Below, in pieces: positions 51,509 to 64,000 of a stretch of DNA of 64,000 nucleotides (the stretch's first letter is position 1; every line of letters begins with the position of its first letter). The stretch lies in the NCBI GenBank assembly GCA_023920165.1, contig CP089276.1, positions 4,340,001 to 4,404,000 on the forward strand, given 5' to 3'. The notes under the pieces are model-generated. The model ran no database searches. It was not told the DNA's origin and worked only from the letters and a program-made list of their open reading frames with translations. This DNA comes from Curvularia clavata (Eukaryota). The position numbers and the translations under genes were made by a program.

Positions 51509-53599
51509 ATGGTCAAGTGAGTAGTGTGTGCTTCTCTTTCTACTGCCTTTGCTGATCCCTGAAAAAAGGCCACCTCAGAGATCAACCACACAGGTGTCTA
51601 GTGTTGACCTGTCAGAAAATGAGGATGACATTTGTAGACTACGACGAGTACGGGCCAGAGTCCCAATCATGGTGTGGATAGTAGCCGTCGTCGGGTTCTG
51701 GGAGAGAGCAGCCTTTTGGGGCAGTAAGTTTGACACCCATATTAGCTTAGTATTTGGACTGACTATTTTCTTTTCCTATAGTTACCGCCCCTTGGCGTAT
51801 GTTGCTTCCCCTTGCTTCCACATCAAATTCGAAAATGACAGCACTGACACTACAATACTGCAGAAAACTACATGGAGAATCGTCGAAAATACACTATGGA
51901 GAACACTCCAGGTGCTCTCAATCTCGGCCAAGCGACAGCGACCCGCATATTTTGTGGTTTCTTTGTCGTGTATTTCACTTCCCCAATCCTCTTCGCACCC
52001 TTGATAGATAGCCGTTTGGGTCAGTACAGGACCTTGGTCATCAGTCTGGGAGTGTACGTGTTAGGCTGCACCGCTTTGGTCATCAGCTCGTATCCAGACA
52101 TGCTTGACCGCGGATCCGGTCTGCCAGGCCTGCTTGTATCGATGGCTCTCATAGCCCTCGGAGGTGGATGTGTACGTCGCAGTTATTACATGGGTTTTGT
52201 TATAACGACTAACTTCCACAGTCGCAAGCCACTGGCAGATCCTTTATTGCCGCCCAATACACGGACAGAAAGCCACGGCTCCAAACACGCCTGGCATCAC
52301 AAAACAAGCCTTTACAGTTTCTTAGAAAGCGGTTAGAAGGTACAAGCTTCTCAAAATGGTTGCCAGCTGCTCCCAAAGAAGAGATCGTCGTAGTCGATCC
52401 TGAGCTTACACTCAAGTTCATATATACTTTGTTGTTTTGGGTAGGTAACTTAGGCGCATTGCTCGTGTTTCCAATCGTGTGTATCGAGAGATTTTTCGGT
52501 TTCTTTCCTGCTTATATTCTGGGTGGGAGCTGTGCAGTTGTTGCCTTTGTTATCATCGTCTGTGGCAAAAAGTTCTTCGGTATGTGGTCAGGCCCTGATT
52601 GATTGTTGGTTCAGACGCTAATTGCATTTAGTAAAACCGCCACTAGCAGACAACGTAATAGTGCCAGCTGCCAAAGTCCTTGGCTGTGCTGCACGCAATG
52701 GATTTAAGATGAAGCGTACAGATCCCAGTTACCAACTTGCACATTACGGAAAAGCAGTTTCATGGAGCAGCCAATTTTCCAGTGAGATTACGCGTGCGCT
52801 AGGCGCTTGCAGGGTCCTGTAAGTTTGACTTGGTAGCTATCAATATGATAACGCTAACTTACTTCTCAGCCTAGCATTTATTATATTCTATATCTGCTTC
52901 GACCAGATGCAGAACAATCTCATCTCCCAGGCAGGACATATGAACAAGGGGAAAACACCAAACGAAGTCGTGCCTAGCATGAATCAAGTTGCATGTATCG
53001 TTATCGGGCCATTGGTGGAATATGTTCTTGACCCCAAATTATCGAAACGAGATATTTATCTGAAGCCCGTGACTCGCATCACCATCGGCTTCGTTTTCAC
53101 GTCACTTTCCATGGTGTACGCAGCCGTGATACAGCACTACATCTACATCTCCCCGCCCTGCTTCGACCACCCGGCTTCTTGCGAAAACCGGCAATCAACT
53201 ACCCAACTCCGACCAAACATCTGGATCCAAACGCCGGTGTTCGTGCTCATGGCCGCAGGCGAGGTCTTTGCAATGACCACGGCCATGGAATATGCAGAGA
53301 CGCACGCACCCAAGGAGATGAAAGTCTTTGTCCAAGCTATCAACATGCTCATTACGGGCGTCGGATCCGTCTTCGCCATGAGCATTGCTGAAGCAGCGCG
53401 CGATCCACACCTGATGATATTCTACTCGGGCCTCGCCGGTGCCATGACTTTGACGACAATTGTATTCTACGTACTGTTTCGAAACAAGGACGAGGAAGAA
53501 CCGCAGTTACCGCCTCACCCAGAGAGTGACATGGAGCATGGCAATGGCAGCGTCAATTATGTGCCTTCTGCCAATACTTCCGCTAACCAAGTCTCTTGA
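51509..53599 (+). CDS. POT/PTR2-family di/tripeptide transporter, multi-intron, including a 15-nt micro-exon at ~51782-51796
   Basis: Motifs WERAAFWGITAPWQNYM, PGALNLGQATAT, DSRLGQYRT, VVDPELT, QMQNNLISQAG and MEYAETHAPKEMK. Confidence 0.88.
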
Positions 53600-54163
53600 C
53601 ATCGACATCAGACTATGAGCACTCAAACGGCACCTGCGGACAGTGCTTAGGAAGCTCCGGCCCAATGCACTTTTCCGCATATATGTTTCAACTCTCAATC
53701 TACCGATTCTAGTACTCAAGTGTGCGACTCAATTCTGTCTTGCCCGAGAACAGTTTGCTAGTCTATGTTTTTCATACTGTACGGAGGTGGCTTTTTTTTC
53801 GACCAAGATTGTTGGAATGTGGCATACAGGCCATAACGGTTCTAGTTAAGCAGCTTATATCTCTTTTGTTATGACAACAATATCATTCTCTACATTTTTT
53901 TTTTGACGGCGCACTGAATAGAAAAAAAAGGAAGGGGTAGCTATTCGAGCAGAGTTCTTAACAATATGGTCTTCCTTCACTTACAGCAATGAAGACGAAT
54001 AATTCGTACTTAATTCTGTTGAGAACATATAGCAAGCAAAAACACGTCTCCACGTCTTTCACTCTGTCGGGATGACATGTACGCTTCGCCAACAAAGCAC
54101 AAAAAGCGATCATGGGAACCAACGACAGCATTGGCATCCATGAGTAATCAAGGGCAAAAAGAA

Positions 54164-54235
54164 TGCCTTCGGCCAGAATTGAACTGACGGCCTCGTCATT
54201 ACTAGTGACGCGCTCTACCACTGAGCTACGAAGGC
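54164..54235 (-). tRNA. tRNA-Thr(AGT), intronless
   Basis: GCCTTCG/CGAAGGC acceptor stem, TAGCTCAGTGGTAGAGC D-arm, CGTCA-CT-AGT-AA-TGACG anticodon arm, GTTCAATTC T-loop, and a downstream T-run Pol III terminator. Confidence 0.97.
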
Positions 54236-54768
54236 ATGATTGGTTGTGTTCGATGAAGGAAAATCTAATTGAGCCCAATCTATTCTCGATTTGACTCTGA
54301 GCTCTCACGATAGCCCACAACCATGCTACGATAGCTTTCCCCTATCTATGCGCACCCCATTGAGAGTACCTTGCAGGTTGTTGTAAGAGAAAAAAACTTT
54401 GTGGTGGGGCTGCCTGCATCCACTACTAACTCAACAAAGTCAAGTCCCACTAACGAGTCATTGCCACTCCACTCGTTAGGACCTTTACTCAATTTCTTCG
54501 CCAGGACAAAAGGCGGTAAAACACAAGTGATGCTCGTTCAACAAAGAGATCATCTAATAGCCTATTCTACTCCTGCTCCCCGTAGGACAGAAGGGATATC
54601 AGTTGCAACGCCAATGTAAATGCAAGAGACCGGGTGCGAACATTGTTCGTGTATTTTTGGAAAAAAAAAACAATCCAAGGAGAGAAGAAAACAAGTTGTA
54701 CTAGCCCGCAACGAGACAGTACAGAAACGAGGAAGGAAACGAAAGGAAGCCGGGTTTCAGACGATGGC

Positions 54769-57641
54769 CTAGGCGTGATGGGATTTCTTTTCGTGTTCCT
54801 CTAGTTCTTTGACGTACTTGACGAAAGTCTTCTTGTGGACCTGGCCATTTTTTGTTAGTGCTGATCCGTTCGACTGTAGGCATTATGTATTACTCACCAG
54901 ACCGGCGTATTTGCCGTCTCTAAGTACACAAATATATCGCAAGCCAAGTTTGACAAAGCACTCGTACACAAGATCCATGGGCGAATGAATGTCCAATGCA
55001 ACTGGGGCGGGATCGATGTAAGGGGTAAAGTCGCTTGGGTCGTACGGTTCCTGTTCCTCCTCGTCGTGAGGCTCTCGTCCTGCTGCCCAGTCTACTCGTG
55101 GGGACATTAGGCAGAGCGTGTTTTCCTCATTTTCGAGTTTGTCAAGGGCGAACTCCAAATCTGGTGCGGGAATAAGCCCAACAAGAATACCGTTCTTGAC
55201 AATCGACAAGCCGCCATCCAGTTCACCTGCCATTTGCAGGGCACGCTGCTTTGCACGGAGTTCCACTGCGGGAATGAGGGAATCTTCTGAAATATCAATC
55301 ACGTGGTCGTTCTTCGAGCCAGTTGTAATGTCGCCTAATTCCGAGGTGAAAATCGGTCGGACCTTGTTGTCGAGGAATGGGTATGAGTTCATGTCTGTCA
55401 AAAGATCATAGATACTCAGCGGCTCGATGGCATCGGCTACCCACTTAGAGACAAGGATGCCCAAAGAAAATGGCAGTACATGATCCAAACTGCCGGTGAG
55501 CTCGAAAAGGATGACAGCCAGAGTGATACTGAGACGGGTGACACCAGTCATGGTTGCTCCAGCTGCTACCAGAGCGTAGACACCCGGAACGACGCAAGAG
55601 CCAGGTGGGCCATCGGGCGAACACTCGTTGAAAAGGTCGAGATGACTGAAGCGCAAAGCTACCAGTTGAACCGTGTGACCAATGAAGCGTCCAGCAAGAC
55701 CACCGACGACCATGGAAGGAACGTAAATACCTGCTGGTACTTTGATTCCAAAAGTGACTACGGTGAGGATGGCCTTTATGACGAATGCAATGAATAGAAG
55801 CTTCAGCACTCCAGGAATATGCTCAAGAGTGGGGCATAGACCGTCGCCTGTATCCGTATAAGTATCGCAAGGACTGGCGAGCTCGAAGAGTAGTTCGGTG
55901 ACGGGGAGCTTAGTATAGCGATTCCAAAAGCTGACGAGACCGGTAACGAGCGCGACAAGAAAAACTTCGAGTAGAGGATGCTTTTTGATGATGGGTATGC
56001 GGCGGAAAGTGCGTGCCCAGATACGAGATGCTTTAATGAAGAGAGCACCCAAGACACCACCAACAGCACCAGTGAAGATAAAAGTTGCCAATTCGAAGAA
56101 CTTCCAATCCAAGTGGTACCGCACTTCGAAGAGCACAATCTTCTTTGTTCCGTACGGATCGAGGAACTTGAGGGACAGAGCAGCTGCCTGATAGAAGGTT
56201 AACGTGGATAAATAGTATGGAGAAGTTTACTTACGATGCAGCAAAAGAAGGTCCGGAAGAGCGTCTTTGATGGGAAATAATAGCTGACCTCTTCGAGACT
56301 GAAGAGCACGCCACCGATTGGAGCGCCAAAGGCAACAGCCACACCACTGGCAGCACTGGCGCTCAGAATCTCCCTGCGCTTGCCATCGTTGTTGCTGTAC
56401 TTGGAGAAAATACGGCAGGCAATATTACCAATGCAAGTGGCGATATGGACGTAGGGGCCTTCTTTGCCGAGACTGAGGCCGGATGCGACACTGAGAATCA
56501 GGGCGAGGGTCTTGATGACGAGGGTACGCACACCCAGGTAACCGTGGAGGACAAAGCCACTTAGAATAACCTTGACTTCAGCCACACCACTGCCAGCAGC
56601 CGAGTAGTATACCATGGGCGGGCGGGCCTGGACCTCCTGGAAGCGTGACTCGGGGCTGATGCTGCGCTTGCGGCCATCCTCATCCTCTTGGTCGGAAAAG
56701 CGTCGGACGTCTGCACCAAGATTCTCGTCCAGAGTAGCGAGCGAGATGGCGGAAGGAATAACAGTCTTTGTGGTGAGGGTCAACAGGCACGAGGCCATGG
56801 AGAGTAGCACGACGGAAAAGACAAAGAAGCCATATTGAGTCTGCACGACATCCAGCCTGTCTGTGCGGACAGCCTCGGACCAGTGCACCCATTTGTCACA
56901 TATCGAAGCCCCATCACAGCACGTCTTGTGACTCTTTGTCCAACCAACGGAGCAGTATCCCTGCTTGAGATCAAACAGGGTTGTCTCGGTGGTGTTGACG
57001 ACGTAGGCGCAGACGGCAGTGAGAACGCCAATGATGGCGACCAAGACCCAGCCCTGGGCACCATCGAACCAAGCCGCGAGACGACCTTTGATATCCTTTC
57101 TGCTCCTCAGGGCTTTTACGCGGTAGGCGTCGGCGATGTTATCGTGGACCCAGTCCGTGGACGTGAACTGGTCGTACCATACGCGGTCGTCCTGGAAGAG
57201 AGAGGCCTTTGCCGAGTGCATGCTCTGTTCGAGACCGTGGCCTCGCTCGCCCAGGGCATTTACCAGGCGCTGGCTAAACGTGTGGCCGCCGGTGATGGAG
57301 CCTCGTCTGCTGGAGCGTATGCGGGACGTGGTGGGCAGCTGGCTGTTGTTGCGCGTCATGCCTGGGCGCGGGGTGCCAGGCGTGGTGCCGGGCAGACTCT
57401 TGTAGGACCTGGAGGAGCGCAGATGGGGCAGTCCGAGCAGCGCAGTGCGCTCATTGACGGTCTCTCTGGACCTGGCCAGGTCCGTGTCCGAGGCTCGCAT
57501 CTGCCTCATGGCGCTGAAAGTGAGGGTCGGGGACGTGGGCGTGGTGCTGCTGTACGTGTCATGACCCTCGCCGTGCTGGGAGGAGCCATGGCCGGCGTCA
57601 TAGTCGTCGACGCTGTGATAGGAGTGCGTCGACTTGGGCAT
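54769..57641 (-). CDS. CLC-family Cl-/H+ antiporter (Gef1-like); introns ~56189-56234 and ~54841-54897
   Basis: GSGVAEVK, GKEGP (gating Glu), GVLFSLEEV (proton Glu), PAGIYVP, SIYD, and CBS-type C-terminus. Confidence 0.95.
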
Positions 57642-57676
57642 AGCTGCAGAGTGGGGACGCGGAGGTGCAGCTCGCG

Positions 57677-57750
57677 GGTGGTGGTGGTGGTGGTGGTGGT
57701 GGTGAGGGAGAGGAGAGGAGAGGAGAGGGGAGGGGGTAAGAGGGAAGGAG
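57677..57750 (+). repeat. (GGT)n and GA-rich simple repeats in the CLC 5' region / divergent promoter
   Basis: Read directly. Confidence 0.85.
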
Positions 57751-58394
57751 TCAGTAGAAATGGGGCAAGGGCGATGTGGTTGTGGTGAGGTCAGTTTGAG
57801 ACATGCCGCCGAGCAGAGGCCGCGCTATCGTGGTCATCTGGGGAAATCATGGCGGTGTCACGATGGACTATGCGATGGCTGGGCAGCATGGCGCCGGTCC
57901 CCACCAGGGCGCAGATCCTCGAAACGACAGCGACGTAGGATGCGTGCAAGTGGTGGGGGGCCTTTGCTATCCAGTGTCGCGGGAGAAGGAAGACGTGGTT
58001 TCAGGCGAGCAGAGCCGAGCAGACAGGCAGACATGGATAGTAGAGGCTTTGATTTTTTGGCAGCAGCGTGCATGCACAACGACTGGCGGCGGTAGGCGCG
58101 TCCCATGTGATTATGGCAAACAAAGGCAGACAGGATAGGGTAGGCACGGGCACGGGCACGCACGTAAGGTAGGTGCGTTGCGCGCCAGCGGCGGCAGCCT
58201 GCAGGAAGCCGGGGCGCGCGCTAGCCGCTTCGGGCCAAGACCGTGCGTGTGCATCCCGCGGCCACTGGCGGCGAGCCATGATTGCATTGCATTCGATTCG
58301 TTTCTGATTCCCTTCGAGTGCTTGCTTACACAACGCAGGAACACATATTGCTCAACCTCTACACACCACACGTGTTTGCCCAACAGCGCTCGAC

Positions 58395-58813
58395 ATGGTG
58401 AGTGCCTGTTCACGTGCCCCGTCTCGTCTCTAGTCCCCGTTGACCATCCCGTCCCAGCCTGCTCCCCACGAACAATTCTTTTTGTTGGGTGACAGCATCA
58501 CCCAAGACTCTTTTTCCCAAGAACGCGGATTTGCCTTTGGGGCGGCCCTTCAAGCCGGTCAGTCCACCTCAGTTGATGCTTCTTCTTGCTTCCTGTTTTT
58601 TCCGCCCATACGGCTTCGCTGCGCTTCGGACCGGGCTTCTGCGCCCAATGCCATGCCATGCCATGTCATGTCATGCAATCATTGCTCTGCGACCAAATAT
58701 TGTAGCGAGAATTCGTCTAACACTCGGCACGGCCCACTGAAAGCTTGCAGGCTGACCACCCCCACCAGCATACATAAGACGACTCGATGTTGTCAACCGA
58801 GGCTTCAGGTAGC

Positions 58814-58845
<32 letters not shown>

Positions 58846-59667
58846 CATGTGCCCATCCCCAGCCCTCACCACGGGCGCTGATGTCATAAAGCGGGTACAA
58901 CACTCGTCAAGCTCTCCAGATTCTGCCGGCTATCGTGCCCCCTCCGGACCAAGCCAAGATCCGCTTCATGGTATTAGCACCATGCCCACATCATCCCATC
59001 CCATAATTGACCACGCAGACCGTCTTCTTTGGCGCAAACGATTCGTCCCTGCCAGATGCACCCAACAAGCAGCATATTCCGCTCGATGAGTTCAAGGCAA
59101 ACATCAAGGCCATCGTCTCCCATCCTCGCATCCAGGCCCACACCCCACGTATCATCCTAGTGGCCCCTCCCCCGATCAACGAGCATCTCTGGTGGCCCAG
59201 GGACCAATCCAATGGCTACACGACCGTCTCGCGATTAGCCGAAACCACAAAAGTCTACGCCGACGCAGTCGTCCAACTAGGCGCTGAACTGGGCCTTCCC
59301 GTCGTCAATCTTTGGAAAGCATTCATGTCGCAGACCGACTTCAACATGGACGCATGGAAGCCCGGACAGCATGTACCTGGCTCCTTGGCGCTGGCCCAGA
59401 GCGACGCATTGGCCGACCTCATGTACGATGGTATGTCTACTACTCGGCCCATTTTTGCATGTTAGACATGGGTGTTGACAGCAACCGACAGGCCTTCACA
59501 TGGGCCCAGCAGGCTACAAGATTCTGTATGATGACTTGGTCGCGGTGATTGCAGCCAATTGGCCCGACCAGATGCCGGACAAGCTTCCCATGGTCCTGCC
59601 GCCTTGGAATGACGAGGCTGCTTGGAAGGCGTGGGAACAGAGCCAATCTGCAGCAACGCGAACGTAG
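58395..59667 (+). CDS. SGNH/GDSL esterase, IAH1-like; first coding exon is ATG only, several introns
   Basis: FFLLGDSITQ, IRRLDVVNRGFSGYNTRQ, FFGANDS, ILVAPPP and YDGLHM. Confidence 0.9.
58817..58846 (+). repeat. 30-nt poly(C) tract inside an intron
   Basis: Read directly. Confidence 0.95.
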
Positions 59668-60386
59668 CAATAGAAGGCGTTGGATTGCATGGTCGGCCTC
59701 CTGGTCCAACGATTTTCCAAATGCGCGTCCAGCTGCCCACTGCGCTCATGTTTGCGGGGATGGCTGCGGGGACCGGGTGCACGTGTCATCCAATCGGACT
59801 TGAGCCGTAACTCCGGAACCGTTGCTTAGCGGCGTAGCCTCAAACCAACCTCAGAATACTATCCTAGTGAACATGTGCACATCACCACTCATAGCAAACC
59901 CTCCAAACTGACGCCCCGTTTCCCTTGCAGACGCATGTAAACTCTCTCGCACTCTGTTTCACCGCCTTTACAACGCCGTGTTGGTCGCTGGCACTCGCAA
60001 CTTGGGCATTAGCATCTTCTGCTTCCAACGCTTCTTGACTATTCCCCTTGGCCAACCATCGCCCTCTGCCCTGCGCATTTGCCAACTTCGCCCCAAGACT
60101 GCTCTCACATCTTTGCGCAATCTTGACTGCCTACCCAGCACCGCCATTCTAAACATCCACCTAACCCATAGCCACTGCATCCTCGCCGCTGCTTCGTCAC
60201 CGCTGCCCGACCGAACCCTTCGCATACATCCGTCACACGACAACCATCCGGCCGATATCACAGACGACACAGAGCTGAGGGGCTGAGGGGCAGCAGTCGT
60301 TTGGGGCTCGTCGGTAGGGGAGCGCCTACGCGAAGGTCGGGCTCTCTTTATTGTGCACGCCGCTGTGGAATGCGAGAGCTGGGGGC

Positions 60387-62188
60387 ATGGATCCCCAGAG
60401 CGTAGCTTTCCAGCCGCGCGACGATCTCTGGCGCTTCCAGAGCGAAATGCTTCGAGTACAAGAGAGCCAGGCCGAACTCGCTGACCGCGTCGCCCGCTTG
60501 GAGCGCAAGCAAGAGGACGACTCCCGCCTGAAGAACGTCTGGGGGACTTCCTCGCCCTTCCCTTCAGTCCTGGGTGGGACACCCCAACAAGGTACCGAGC
60601 CAGACTGTCCTCACCAATACCATTGAGCTAACACATCCGAGTGCCCCTGCAGCAGCCTACTGCCGAGCACTTTTCCAACTTCGATGATCACTCAAGCAAC
60701 CTCATCGGTAACCTGCAGCTCGATGACGACGAAGTGCCCCGCCGCGTAGGCGTCACGTCCCGCGCCAACAGCGTTCGCTTCGACGAGACAGCCAACCACG
60801 GCCACTGGGCTCATGCGTCGCGCTCCTCGCTCGATCTAATACCCCGCACAGGCAGTGGCTTGGGTGGGCATGCCATGAGCGAGCGCAGCTACTCGCACAA
60901 GTCGGATGGAAGGCAAAGCTCAGCTGGCCAGTCGGTACATTCCATGGCATCTGGTCGTGCAAACAGTCTGACAAGTTTTGGCCCCACAACGCCTCAGGAT
61001 GCCCCAGGGCTGGCTCCTGGCTTGTTCATCTTGGGTTCTGTGCCTGCCATCATACGTTGCTGGCTCAACACTAACTTCAAGCACGATACTTTGCTGTATG
61101 CAGCCGTGTGCTCCGGATCCTACGTCTCCTATTTGGATCTTCACCTGATCCAACGTCTCGGCTTCCAGGACCAAGTCGTGCTGGACGATGACGGTGTTCG
61201 CAAGATCAAACTGTCTGTTTATCTCCCAGAAGCCGTGCCAGTGTCGGCATCTACACGATCCAGCAGCTCTGCGCCACAATTGCCATCCGTTGGCGTAAAC
61301 TTCACCGTTATCCAGGAGCACAATCCAGACGCCAACCCAAAAGCTATTCAGATTTTCCTCGGCAGCGACATGCTTCGCGCACACAATGCCGATTTACTGT
61401 TTTCATCTAGCCAACTAACCCTTTACGACGAGGACCACGGAAAACTTCAGGTACCCTTGGTTCGCCCGGAAGACGAATGCGCCTTCAAGTCGTTACATGT
61501 TTCCAATCAGTGCCGCGCCCCGTCTACAGAGCAACACCAAAAAAGCCCAATTTCCGTATCTGCGCAACGGCATGCTATGAGTGAGGGCTCGGCCACCTCA
61601 GCAGCCCATGACACGTTTCTGTCTACTGACAAGTCGACCGACACAGGCACGGCACCCAACTCTGACGATGGAGGGTCGAGCGGCAGGGCCAGTCTTGAGC
61701 AGCGTCCACGTCTGAGCCTCTCACTTTCGAGTCGTTCGGAAAACAAGAGTGCACAGGAACCGGCGTCTGGCAATGGGGCTCCGCGCTCGGCGGCGCCATC
61801 AGCTATTTGGAGCAATTGGCGCCGTGATCAAGCAGAGAAGGCCGGCACAGGCTCGTTGGACTGGGCGAGTGTGGGTAAAACCACTGGCTCGAATCCCAGT
61901 TACCAACGACGTGATACGGGTATCAAGGTACTGAAGCCTTCAAAGCCTGCAAGGTCCATGTCTGCTTCCAACTCGTCACCTGCTACAGGGCAGTCACGCT
62001 TCTTCGATGATGGAAAGCGAAGGAGTGAGACTGAGACGAGCAGCAGCCCGGCACCCCCACAGGCAAAGAGAACAGCATCTGCGGAAAAGGCAAAAGAGAA
62101 CCATCCCCCGTCGACCAAGCCTCGGTCAGCGAATCCGGTTGGAGGTGCCTCTGCGTTTGCATGGCTAAAGAATGGTGGGCCGAAATAG
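60387..62188 (+). CDS. Hypothetical protein: N-terminal coiled coil + retropepsin/Ddi1-like domain lacking the catalytic Asp + disordered tail; intron 60592-60641
   Basis: AELADRVARLERKQ coiled coil; LLYAAVCSGSYVSYL...FTVI...IFLGSDMLRAHNADLLF...VPLV. Confidence 0.8.
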
Positions 62189-62711
62189 CGTTGCCGCACG
62201 GCTGACTGGTCTCGCCGCTTAGTAGTAGTAGCTATTTAGAGGGTTTCTGAGCTTAGCGCTTGCAGCCAGGCCATAGCAATAAAAATAAAAGCCAAAGCCA
62301 CACTGCGTTGCTGTCTGATGGTGAAGAGTGAAACGGGTTGGGTGTACATAGTATGTAGCAGCAAGCGAGACAGGGGACGGGCCTTCAGCTGCTGTCGCCA
62401 AGCTCGCTTATTGGCAAGGCTGAGCTGATAGTGCGAAGGGAGAGTGACGACGGCCTAGGGACAGTGTCAGTTGGTGTGCATCTCATTTTTTTGCGGAGCA
62501 TTGCACGTACCCGAAGACAAGAGGACCGACGCCTTAGCCATCGCCAGCCCTCGCGACGACGTGTTGCATATTCCTTCTCCCCTCACTCGTCTCGGCCACC
62601 CTTCACCGCATAATATACGAACGAGCATTCTACATACATACCTACATACATACCTAGTCTGTCCGGAAGCTCGTCACGTCACGGGCTTCACGGCAGGCAA
62701 CCAACTTCAAG

Positions 62712-64000
62712 ACGGCCTCCACTAATAATAAGAAGCGGAAGATCGTGGCCCCCGCAAAAGACTCGCCTGCGCCGAGGGACGACACTCATTCACCGAATGT
62801 GGGCAGCGCTGGCGTAGGGTCCCCTCGCTCCTCCTCCCCGCAGCCCTCAGCATCACCACCACGCTACTTGCCACCACACCTGCACGACGAGGTTCTCGTC
62901 GACGCTTCCGACTCTGGCAGTCAGTTTCCACGCGACTATAGTAACGGAGCAAGCTCTCCCAGCGAAGCCTACGCCAACCTCTCGCTCGACAGCCGCGACG
63001 GCTCCTCAACCACCGCCGCCGTCGATCTAGACCGTACACGCACCGCCGAACAGCTCTATACATCACGGCCCACGCCCCGGGCATCCTCACCCGCTAAGCG
63101 CTCTCATTCAGACATGGACGACAAGACTGGCACCAACACCACTTCCCGGACCACCGAAGCCACCAAGCCAACACTGCCCGGCGCATCACAACGCAGCGCG
63201 CGTGCAACATCGGTAGACATGGCCGACACACCCAACAGCGCCAGCTCCGAGGCTGATGGCGTCGTTTCTGGATCCTCGCCTACCACCACCGAAGCCACAC
63301 CGCAGACCGACCTCCCCAGCATAGACGAGCAGGTGACTCGCGTCATGGGCATGATGACAAGCGAGCCTCTGGTTGACCGCCAGGAGGGCTATATCATTTC
63401 CGAGAGGTGGCTAGAACGTGTCTGGGCGAGGACGTCGGAAAATGTTAGCAGGCCTCAAGACTTCAGCAAGGAAGCGACCCAAGGCCCCGTTGGCCCCGTG
63501 GACAACTCGCATTTAGTCGACACAGAATTGCTGCAAGAGGACCTGGCCGACCAGCGGGGCGAAGACTTCATTCCTCTGAACAAGGCTGCCACACTGGGTC
63601 AGGATTTCGAGGTTTTGCCTCGCAAAGCATGGGAGCTGGTCCTGAGCTGGTACGGACTCAAGAAGGGCACTCCAATCATCCGGCGGTACGCTCACAACAC
63701 AGTACCCGGTCAAGTCAACGAGGACATTTCCTATGAGCTGCATCCTCCTATTATTACTATCCGGAAAGTCCGGAAAACAGCAATCCCTGCCGACAACTCT
63801 AAGTTGGCTGAAAAAATCGTCGCCAGTCGATATGAAAGCTTTGTTACCTTTCTCGAGGCCGCCAAGAAGGCTGCGGGCATCGATCTGAACAACAAAGTGC
63901 GGATCTGGAGAATCCTCTCTACCGCACCCACTGACAACCCCCAAACATCTCAACCGTCTGGCATATTGACTCCAGACGCATCCCCACGTAACGGTTCGCC
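62712..64000 (+). CDS. Ubp12/USP4-11-15-like deubiquitinase, 5' part with DUSP domain; first in-frame ATG 63114, candidate ACG start 62712
   Basis: DUSP motifs LPSIDEQV, GYIISERWL, GPVGPVDNSHL, DFEVLPRKAWELVLSWYG and PIIRRY. The frame is open from 62658 to the window end. Confidence 0.85.

Noticed and set aside
11000..54235. Accessory region as Starship cargo or a tRNA-anchored island
   Set aside because: No tyrosine-recombinase captain, boundary repeats or duplicated tRNA fragment is visible in the window.
56835..58492. Long GC-rich plus-strand and overlapping ORFs (e.g. 317 aa)
   Set aside because: Antisense to CLC, or within a GC-rich divergent promoter; low-complexity translations.

Overview
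Eukaryotic DNA from a filamentous ascomycete: short GT-AG introns with CTRAC/CTRAY branch sites, RIP-type mutation, and HET and Zn2Cys6 genes. A Dothideomycete/Pleosporales origin is my inference. There are three zones. (1) 1-10.7 kb is an AT-rich transposon block: an intact Ty1/copia element, whose single ORF runs off the left edge, is nested in the integrase of a heavily RIP-mutated Ty3/gypsy element, followed by RIP debris. (2) 11-54 kb is accessory-type. It holds a siderophore MFS transporter, then a ~21 kb putative non-self-recognition/cell-death island (dead chimeric NACHT NLR, HET gene, non-RD kinase-HET fusion, sister non-RD kinase, dead TPR gene, solo LTRs). After that come RTA1, two Zn2Cys6 TFs, a histidine acid phosphatase, a predicted membrane-anchored C2H2 factor and a POT transporter. 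(3) 54-64 kb is core-like: tRNA-Thr(AGT), a CLC antiporter, an IAH1-like SGNH esterase, a Ddi1/retropepsin-like protein lacking the catalytic Asp, and the 5' part of a Ubp12-like deubiquitinase with a candidate ACG start. All gene models and family assignments were made by eye; no searches were run.
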